From Bacteroidia bacterium (GTDB lineage: Bacteria > Bacteroidota > Bacteroidia > AKYH767-A > OLB10): DNA of 64,000 nt. Of the stretch, positions 58,340-64,000 are shown in pieces. Under the pieces are notes generated by a model. That model was not told the origin of the DNA and made no database searches. It worked only from the letters and a program-made list of their open reading frames with translations. Every line of letters starts with the position of its first letter. Positions within the stretch are counted from its first letter, which is position 1. A program made the translations under genes and the position numbers. The stretch spans positions 27,243 to 91,242 of the forward strand of contig JAXLTL010000011.1 of the NCBI GenBank assembly GCA_046330075.1, given 5' to 3'.

Positions 58340-59413
58340 TCAGCGTTGAATCAACACCGGCACAATTTCACGGAACCCGGCGGCAGTGACGCTCATCCGG
58401 TAGGCGCCGGGGGCGAGGTCGCGGAGGGAGATGGTGGGTTGTTTTGTATTTGGATGCGTGGTGAGGACCAGTCGTCCGCTGATATCGAATAATTCAACAT
58501 CAGTTACGATCGATTCGGTGCTGATGGTGATGATATCGGTGGCGGGATTGGGATAGGCCGAGAAAGAAGTGGTATAACGGTCGGGGATACCCGTAAGATT
58601 ATAAAAATACGGTTGCTGCGAGATGGTATAACAGAACGAATCCTGCGCGGCCACGGTATAATTTCCGGATTGTAATGGTGAATAGGTCGCACTATTGGCC
58701 CCAAAAATTGCAGTTCCGTTCAGATACCATTGCCAGTTGGTGAGCCAGGAAGGGTTCGCCACCAGCTGTGATCCGTTCCAGGAGATCACAGGATGGTTCG
58801 GAGCCTTCACCAGTACATCGAGACTCACGCCCAGATAAGAAATATAGCCAGGGCATAATGAAGGAGCGCCGCTCACCATATACGAACCGGATGACTTTAC
58901 CACGAGGGAAGTTCCTGTTGCACCGGGAATCGGATTTCCATTCAGATACCAGGTAATATTGGTATCGTACGGCATCATCAGCTCAAAAACGATACTATCT
59001 GCGCCATCGGCCTCAGTACTATCGCAGAGGATAAAAAAACCGGAGTTGGGATCGTAACTATAGGAACCGGAGCTCATCACGGTAACAGGAAGGAAGACCC
59101 AACCATCTACCAGCACAGAATCCGACATCTCTGAACAACCGTTCAGTGTTGCCATCACTGAATAATACGAACCAGAGCCTGTATTATAAGATACATTCAC
59201 CGTTGGATTGGTTTCGCCGGGAAGAATTACACCATCTCGATACCATTGATACGCATCGTACGTTTGGGTGTTCACCACCGTTGAAGTGTTCGGACATAAT
59301 ATCGGAGAAGGTGTGTTCACCGTTGCGGTAAACGGGCATTGCGCATAACCATGTTGTTTATGAAAGATGAGCAAGGCCAGAATCAGAATAAGATATTGTA
59401 TGTAACGTAACAT
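58340..59413 (-). CDS. secreted Ig-like repeat protein with T9SS type-A CTD
   Basis: The likely start is MLRYIQYLILILALLIFHKQHGYAQ (codon 28 of ORF 58340..59494). Modules YQWYRDGVILPGETNPT, WYLNGNPIPGATGTS and WQWYLNGTAIFGANSATYSP resemble those in 23072..26287. CTD AYPNPATDIITIST...GAYRMSVTAAGFREIVPVLIQR. Confidence 0.8.
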   Translation of the reverse strand: MLRYIQYLILILALLIFHKQHGYAQCPFTATVNTPSPILCPNTSTVVNTQTYDAYQWYRDGVILPGETNPTVNVSYNTGSGSYYSVMATLNGCSEMSDSVLVDGWVFLPVTVMSSGSYSYDPNSGFFILCDSTEADGADSIVFELMMPYDTNITWYLNGNPIPGATGTSLVVKSSGSYMVSGAPSLCPGYISYLGVSLDVLVKAPNHPVISWNGSQLVANPSWLTNWQWYLNGTAIFGANSATYSPLQSGNYTVAAQDSFCYTISQQPYFYNLTGIPDRYTTSFSAYPNPATDIITISTESIVTDVELFDISGRLVLTTHPNTKQPTISLRDLAPGAYRMSVTAAGFREIVPVLIQR

Positions 59414-59437
59414 AGTAAGGGGGTTTTGTAAAGAGTA

Positions 59438-59462
59438 GACGAATGAAATGGGAAAGGTTGCC
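59438..59462 (-). promoter_or_regulatory. ECF-type promoter candidate (GGCAAC-N13-TTCGTC) upstream of T9SS cargo gene 58340..59413
   Basis: Minus strand ggcaac ctttcccatttca ttcgtc has the same two hexamers and spacing as at 62004..62028, 24 nt upstream of the ATG at 59413. Confidence 0.5.
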
Positions 59463-59470
59463 CGGGGGAA

Positions 59471-59527
59471 ATTGGTGAATTGGTAAGTTGGCAAGTTGGT
59501 AAGTTGGCAAATTGGTAAGTTGGCAAA
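59471..59527. repeat. octanucleotide microsatellite (TTGGTAAG/TTGGCAAG alternating; 16-bp unit about 3.5 times)
   Basis: attggtgaattggtaagttggcaagttggtaagttggcaaattggtaagttggcaaa, read directly. Confidence 0.9.
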
Positions 59528-59791
59528 TCCCCTCCATTAGGAAATTGACAAATTGCCGAAGGCCTCGAGCATGCCTCGATGGCCGAAGGCCCCAACTAAG
59601 TGAAGCAAACGTCTGGGGGTGAGTTTGTCTTGCGAAATCATTGATGCCTCACCCCAGCCCACTCCAGAGGGAGAATAGAATTGTTTTAGTAATTGAGATA
59701 TTCTTTCTCCTACTATTGTGCGTAACGTCCAGAATTCACTCTTCGGCTATAGCCCCTTTTGCTCCTCTGTGATCAGCTTCGCTTACAAGGA

Positions 59792-59912
59792 GGGAACACG
59801 GATAAAACGGATTGAGCGGATGGTCGCGGATTAAATATCGGAACTTGACGGCCACAACTATCTCTATAGGAAAGGTTTTTCGCATGTCTGGTCGCGACCG
59901 GACACTACCATC
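59792..59912. repeat. diverged solo copy of the composite repeat
   Basis: gggaacacggataaaacggattgagcggatggtcgcggatt ... ttcgcatgtctggtcgcgaccggacactacca parallels the box order of the 17.2-17.8 kb units. Confidence 0.6.
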
Positions 59913-59967
59913 AATTGCGTCAATCAACCTCTGGATCTTTGTAACATTGAAGCTCTGCAACTTTAAC

Positions 59968-61437
59968 TTACCACATCAGCACCACTCCGCCTTCAACAGA
60001 TTGTCGGAAGGATTTCCGTTTGGCGGCGTAGTTGTCGTTGTACTGGGAGGTGAGCATAAGGCTGCCAGCGGGACGTAACATAACGGAAAAGCGATCGGTA
60101 ACCGCATAAGCGGCTTCAAGGCGGAAAAGGGCATCGAAACTGTTACGGCGATACAGGTCGCTGCGCTCGTTGGTTTGTTCTACACGTTGATCATCGATAT
60201 TATACACCCATGCGTCGGCGTTGAGCAAGTTCGTATAGGCGATACCGGTATGAAGTCCGATGCTGATTTTTGTTCCGGTTTTGAGGCGATATCCGATCAA
60301 TACCGGAATACTCCAGCGGGAATAGGAATTGCGCACCATCGTATCGGTTGCGTTCAGTGTAGCGAGGGTGGATGTTGCTCCGGGAGAGGCAGGATCAGAC
60401 CAGGCGGCTGTGTATCCGTTTTGCAGGGTAAAAGTGCCGAATGTGGTATCGCCGTATGCAAACGCCACTCCGGTTTCACCAATATCATTTTGAAGACGCT
60501 TGAACGACCAGTCTTCTTCCTGCCGGGAATAGTTGAACCCCGTCGTAACAACCCATCCTCCACGTGATGCGCTGATTTCTGCTCCACCGAGGAATGAAAT
60601 CACTTTTTGTTCTGCATTTTCCAGCGATGCAGATTGCACACTGGCGTTACCGTTAGCATACGTATTGGTAAATGATGCAGCACCTGCAGAGAGCGCCAGT
60701 CCGAAGGCTGTACTGACTTTATTTGAGCGACCAGCCTTCATGGAATCCGGAAACAAGGGCGGTGCAGTTGAAGTAACCGGAGGTGGTTCAGCGAGGGATA
60801 CAGCAACCACCGTTTCATCTTCGCAACCGGTGCCAGCTGGAGGTGTGATGCTGCCGGTTTCTTCAGGGAGGAAAGGATTCTCTTCTCCCGGCGCAATTGT
60901 TCCGTAAACAATCTCCCGTTGCGGGACAGGCTCTGAAGCAACAGGTACCTCAATCGTTTCTTTCAATGCCGGAACTATTTTTTTCTTCCGGGAAGGATGA
61001 ACCGGAGATATATGCGCCATTTTCGGAGTGGGTGCAGAAAAATCAGCTGAGGGCAGTGGCGATGTAGAAGTATTATTTTCCGGGACTGTGTTTCCGGGAG
61101 TAGCATCAGCAGGAGGCTCAGTAGCAGCTTTGGGTGTAACACCGGAAGGCTCTACTATAGGAACGGTTGCGGGTGTGGATTTTTCAGCCATGGCGGGAAG
61201 ATCGGGCTGATGACGGTCGCGCAGGAAATAAAAGAGGAGGAGTCCGGCCACCACCACAGCAGCAATCCGGTACACATAGGCAGCGCCGTTAGTACTCCAC
61301 CAGAAAGCACCGATGCGGCGTTTCTTTTTCTCTGCCAGTTTTTCCTGCAGGGCTTCCCTCACCTGCGGCGGCGGTGTTTCTTCGTACCTTTTCAGGCGCG
61401 AGAAGAAATCACGGTCGTTGTGCTGATCTTCACTCAT
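59968..61437 (-). CDS. single-pass membrane protein (putative anti-sigma partner) with C-terminal outer-membrane beta-barrel-like domain
   Basis: 4-nt overlap with the sigma gene. N-terminus FFSRLKRYEETPPPQVREALQEKL, TM YRIAAVVVAGLLLFYFL, Pro-rich linker. The C-terminal ~250 aa show an alternating beta pattern ending ...VEGGVVLMW (aromatic terminus). Confidence 0.7.
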   Translation of the reverse strand: MSEDQHNDRDFFSRLKRYEETPPPQVREALQEKLAEKKKRRIGAFWWSTNGAAYVYRIAAVVVAGLLLFYFLRDRHQPDLPAMAEKSTPATVPIVEPSGVTPKAATEPPADATPGNTVPENNTSTSPLPSADFSAPTPKMAHISPVHPSRKKKIVPALKETIEVPVASEPVPQREIVYGTIAPGEENPFLPEETGSITPPAGTGCEDETVVAVSLAEPPPVTSTAPPLFPDSMKAGRSNKVSTAFGLALSAGAASFTNTYANGNASVQSASLENAEQKVISFLGGAEISASRGGWVVTTGFNYSRQEEDWSFKRLQNDIGETGVAFAYGDTTFGTFTLQNGYTAAWSDPASPGATSTLATLNATDTMVRNSYSRWSIPVLIGYRLKTGTKISIGLHTGIAYTNLLNADAWVYNIDDQRVEQTNERSDLYRRNSFDALFRLEAAYAVTDRFSVMLRPAGSLMLTSQYNDNYAAKRKSFRQSVEGGVVLMW

Positions 61438-61997
61438 ATTGATTTCAGTTCCTTCCGGCGGAGGTGGGCATCCAGCATCCGTCGGAGTTGTTTACGTGCT
61501 TTAAAGAATTGTGTTTTACTGGTGTTTTCGGATATGCCCAGCTGTTGGGCGATATCACGGTGGGAGAAGCCCTCCACGGCGAAGAGGTTGAACACCATCC
61601 TGTAGCCTTCGGGGAGTTGCTGAATGAGGTCGATGAGTTCCTTTTCGGTGACATCGGGCCAGGGAGAAGGATCATCGGTATCGGCACCACCCTCTTCGGC
61701 ATAGGTCTGCATCCGCTCCATTTCGCGTTTCTTCGACTTATACTGATCCAGGGCCAGGTTAACAAAAAGCCTCCGCATCCATCCTTCGAAGGAACCCTCA
61801 CCGCTGTACTGTTTAATCTTCTCATACACCTTTATAAAGCCCTCCTGGAGAAGGTCTTGTGCCTCCTCCGGGTCGCGGGCATAGCGCAAGCAGAGACCAT
61901 ACATCGCCGACGAATACCGGGTATATAACCGGTCGAAGGCAGTAAGATCACCATCCTGGCAGCCCCTGATCAGCGCCTTATCAGGTTCCATAGACAT
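61434..61997 (-). CDS. RNA polymerase ECF-type sigma-70 factor
   Basis: Region 2 LYTRYSSAMYGLCLRYARDPEEAQDLLQEGFIKVY and region 4 LPEGYRMVFNLFAVEGFSHRDIAQQLGISENTSKTQFFKARKQL. Confidence 0.9.
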   Translation of the reverse strand: MSMEPDKALIRGCQDGDLTAFDRLYTRYSSAMYGLCLRYARDPEEAQDLLQEGFIKVYEKIKQYSGEGSFEGWMRRLFVNLALDQYKSKKREMERMQTYAEEGGADTDDPSPWPDVTEKELIDLIQQLPEGYRMVFNLFAVEGFSHRDIAQQLGISENTSKTQFFKARKQLRRMLDAHLRRKELKSI

Positions 61998-62003
61998 AGA
62001 GAA

Positions 62004-62028
62004 GACGAAGGTACGGCGAAAAGTTGCC
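62004..62028 (-). promoter_or_regulatory. ECF-type promoter candidate (GGCAAC-N13-TTCGTC) upstream of the sigma gene 61434..61997
   Basis: Minus strand ggcaac ttttcgccgtacc ttcgtc ends 6 nt before the ATG. The AAC...CGT layout is typical of ECF promoters. Confidence 0.5.
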
Positions 62029-62039
62029 TAAGTCCGCCA

Positions 62040-62300
62040 AAGGCGGTAGGTTAATCCCGCAAGGCGGGAGTTAATCCCGCAAGCGAAGCTTGGCGGGAGT
62101 TATAAATGTTATGAGAGTTAGAAATGTTGTAAGAGTTATAAATGTTGTCCGCCGGACGGCGGAGGGTTAAAATGTTATGAGAGTTAAAATGTTATCCGCC
62201 TCCGCTGTACAGCGGACGGCAGAGGGTTAAAGAGATGTAGAGTTACAGAGTCGCAGCGTTTCGAGGCGCTTGCGCCTCGGGGTTGCTGAGTTACGGGGGG
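62040..62300. repeat. cluster of GAGTTA-containing short direct repeats interleaved with GC-rich mini-hairpins
   Basis: gagttaat, gagttataaatgtt (x2), gagttagaaatgtt, gggttaaaatgttat, gagttaaaatgttat, gagttacag, gagttacgg. Hairpins ccgccaaaggcgg, cccgcaaggcggg, ccgccggacggcgg, ccgctgtacagcgg, cgaggcgcttgcgcctcg. Confidence 0.85.
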
Positions 62301-62362
62301 GGTAATTCTGAATTCTGAATTACCCGGTCTTGACAGCAGGTCCGGCAGAAATGAGCATCTAA

Positions 62363-63238
62363 TTAAAACGAAATATACTCCAGCGGATTTACCGGGCTGC
62401 CGTTGTACCAGAGTTCAAAATGGAGATGGGGTCCGGTGCTGTATTCGCCGGTGTTGCCGATGATGGCGATCACTTCACCGGCTTTCACATAATCGCCTAC
62501 ACTTTTCATCAAGGCTGAATTATGCTTGTAAAGGGTCATGAGATTGTTGCCGTGCTGCACGCCAATCACGTATCCGGTTTCAGAGGTAAAACTGGCGATC
62601 ACCACGGTGCCGTCGAGGGCTGATTTTATTACTTCGTTGGGTCCGGCGACGATATCAATACCATAGTGTTTTTGTATCGCGTTGAATTTCGTCGTTATGG
62701 TTCCCTTGAGTGGTGTAAAGAACGCCGTGCTACCGATACCGGAGGAAAAAGTTTTGGCCGGTGTTTCCGATAACTCATATTTATCTCCTGCTTCCATCTG
62801 CTCGCGCAGCCGGGCATCTTCCTCCGATTTATCGAGTTTACGAATGGAATCGTAAAGCGTACCATCACCCGATGCCTTTAGAGGTTTCACGGTATCCACT
62901 TTATCATTCAGCACATTGAGGAGATTGGCGAGATAGCGTTCCTGCGCACCCATCTTATAATCGAGGGAGTCGGTTTTTAGCGCTACGTTCACGAGGTTGC
63001 GGCGGATATTGACATCGGTATAACCGGGAATGTATTCGCGAAGTCCGGTGAAAGCAATCAGGTACAGTGTGAGCGTAATCAGGCTAATTACAAACGTACC
63101 GCCGAAGATGATGATGTTCATCGGCGTGAGGCGTAGCGAAAACTTCTCCTCCAGGGTCTGGTCGTTGAGCACAACCAGCCGGAAGATACTTCGTAAGTTC
63201 CTGACAATCTTTTTTCTACGCTGTTTGGTAACCGGCAT
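62363..63238 (-). CDS. M23 family metallopeptidase
   Basis: N-terminal TM. HYGIDIVAG, ...IGNTGEYSTGPHLHFELW.NG.PVNP. The start is taken at MPVTKQRRKK (the ORF extends to 63289). Confidence 0.85.
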   Translation of the reverse strand: MPVTKQRRKKIVRNLRSIFRLVVLNDQTLEEKFSLRLTPMNIIIFGGTFVISLITLTLYLIAFTGLREYIPGYTDVNIRRNLVNVALKTDSLDYKMGAQERYLANLLNVLNDKVDTVKPLKASGDGTLYDSIRKLDKSEEDARLREQMEAGDKYELSETPAKTFSSGIGSTAFFTPLKGTITTKFNAIQKHYGIDIVAGPNEVIKSALDGTVVIASFTSETGYVIGVQHGNNLMTLYKHNSALMKSVGDYVKAGEVIAIIGNTGEYSTGPHLHFELWYNGSPVNPLEYISF

Positions 63239-63445
63239 CTCCGCAAATATCGTAAAAGTTAAACGGTTTCCCTTCCCCACCGGCCTCATACAACAATCTC
63301 CCGCAGTTTACGTTGAATCTGCCGGCAACCCGGCCTCTTCCGGCTCAGGGAAAGGACAGACAGCAAAACGCTATCTCCCATTCTCCTAAATCCTTATATT
63401 TGCCGTTTAAGACCAACCGCTAACCGAATTCCGGACCTCCCGATT

Positions 63446-64000
63446 GTGAAAAACCTGCGAATCAGCCTCTTACTAGTATTTATCGGCCTTGCTTTCTGGT
63501 CGTGCAGCGTTCGGAAGAACAATATTCTCAGCCGCAGTTACCACGGTACTACCACACATTATAATTTTTATTTCAATGCTCGTGAGCGGATGAAGACGGC
63601 GGCGGCTACGCTGGCGGAAGCGCATGAAGACAAATACGACCGGGTTTTATCGGTCTTCAAAATCGGCGATCTCAACAAAGCGAAATCCGTTTTCCCTGAT
63701 CTCGACGAAGCCATCAAGAAAGCGTCCATTGCTATCACCCGACACTCAATGGTGGTGAAAGGGAAGAAAGACAAATCGATTCAGGAGCGCAATCCGTGGA
63801 TTCCTGAATGTTATCTGGTAGTAGGACAAAGTCAGTTTTACAAGCATGATTTCTGGACAGCCATCGAGACCTTTCAATATGTCAGTTCAGAGTACAAGAA
63901 CGATCCGATTCGTCCCGAAGCGCTCATCTGGCTCACCCGTGCTTACCTCGAACTCGGCAAAACCACCGACGCCGAATACCTGATCGACTATCTAAAAGCT
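63446..64000 (+). CDS. TPR lipoprotein, 5' partial, possibly SprE/PorW-like T9SS/gliding component
   Basis: Own translation from GTG 63446: VKNLRISLLLVFIGLAFWSCSVRKNNILSRSYHGTTTHYNFYFNARE...NPWIPECYLVVGQSQFYKHDFWTAIETFQYV...ALIWLTRAYLELGKTTDAEYL. This gives a lipobox plus TPR-like helices and is open to the window end. The family assignment is from memory only. Confidence 0.6.
   Translation, partial: MKNLRISLLLVFIGLAFWSCSVRKNNILSRSYHGTTTHYNFYFNARERMKTAAATLAEAHEDKYDRVLSVFKIGDLNKAKSVFPDLDEAIKKASIAITRHSMVVKGKKDKSIQERNPWIPECYLVVGQSQFYKHDFWTAIETFQYVSSEYKNDPIRPEALIWLTRAYLELGKTTDAEYLIDYLKA

Noticed and set aside
59383-59595. ORF 59383..59595 and the first 27 codons of ORF 58340..59494.
   Set aside because: Both are read-throughs of the octamer microsatellite (…LPTYQFANLPTCQLTN…). 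A normal signal peptide begins at the internal Met (59413).
1-64000. Search for tRNA, rRNA, transposase, integrase, phage or defence-system genes.
   Set aside because: None were recognised. There are no T-loop GGTTCGAATCC-type motifs in intergenic DNA. Every large ORF has a plausible housekeeping, envelope or T9SS-cargo assignment.

Overview
This window looks like a chromosomal fragment of a Bacteroidota genome. Evidence: many type IX secretion (T9SS) C-terminal sorting domains, TAnnTTTG-type -7 promoter boxes, a GxxExxY protein and an SprE/PorW-like lipoprotein. I count about 48 protein genes. I recognised no rRNA, tRNA, CRISPR array, transposase, integrase or phage genes. Housekeeping genes (purQ, metF, lepA, purD, recO, purF, nadD, gmk, yicC, hemW) are interleaved with at least ten predicted T9SS cargo proteins (PKD, BNR/Asp-box, SBBP beta-propeller, CotH, Ig-like repeat and CHU_C adhesin-like proteins). 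There is also an aldehyde dehydrogenase / ACMSD catabolic cluster. Observations most worth follow-up: (1) Two ECF sigma modules whose downstream single-pass membrane partner ends in an outer-membrane-directed module (T9SS type-B CTD in one, OM beta-barrel in the other), each next to T9SS cargo; in the second module an identical GGCAAC-N13-TTCGTC box precedes both the sigma gene and the cargo gene. (2) A composite ~215-bp repeat, tandemly arrayed upstream of each of two diverged paralogous T9SS genes and far better conserved than those genes, plus a GGTCGCGACC-core palindrome family found only in intergenic DNA. (3) An apparently split ALDH16-like pair next to ACMSD. (4) A GxxExxY ORF cassette bracketed by 15-bp inverted repeats inside an operon. 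(5) Long perfect palindromes at convergent gene ends. (6) Five frameshifts in otherwise conserved genes, three of them at an identifiable homopolymer run, which may be assembly errors. All homology calls come from reading the translations and recalling family signatures. No searches were run and identities are by-eye estimates.
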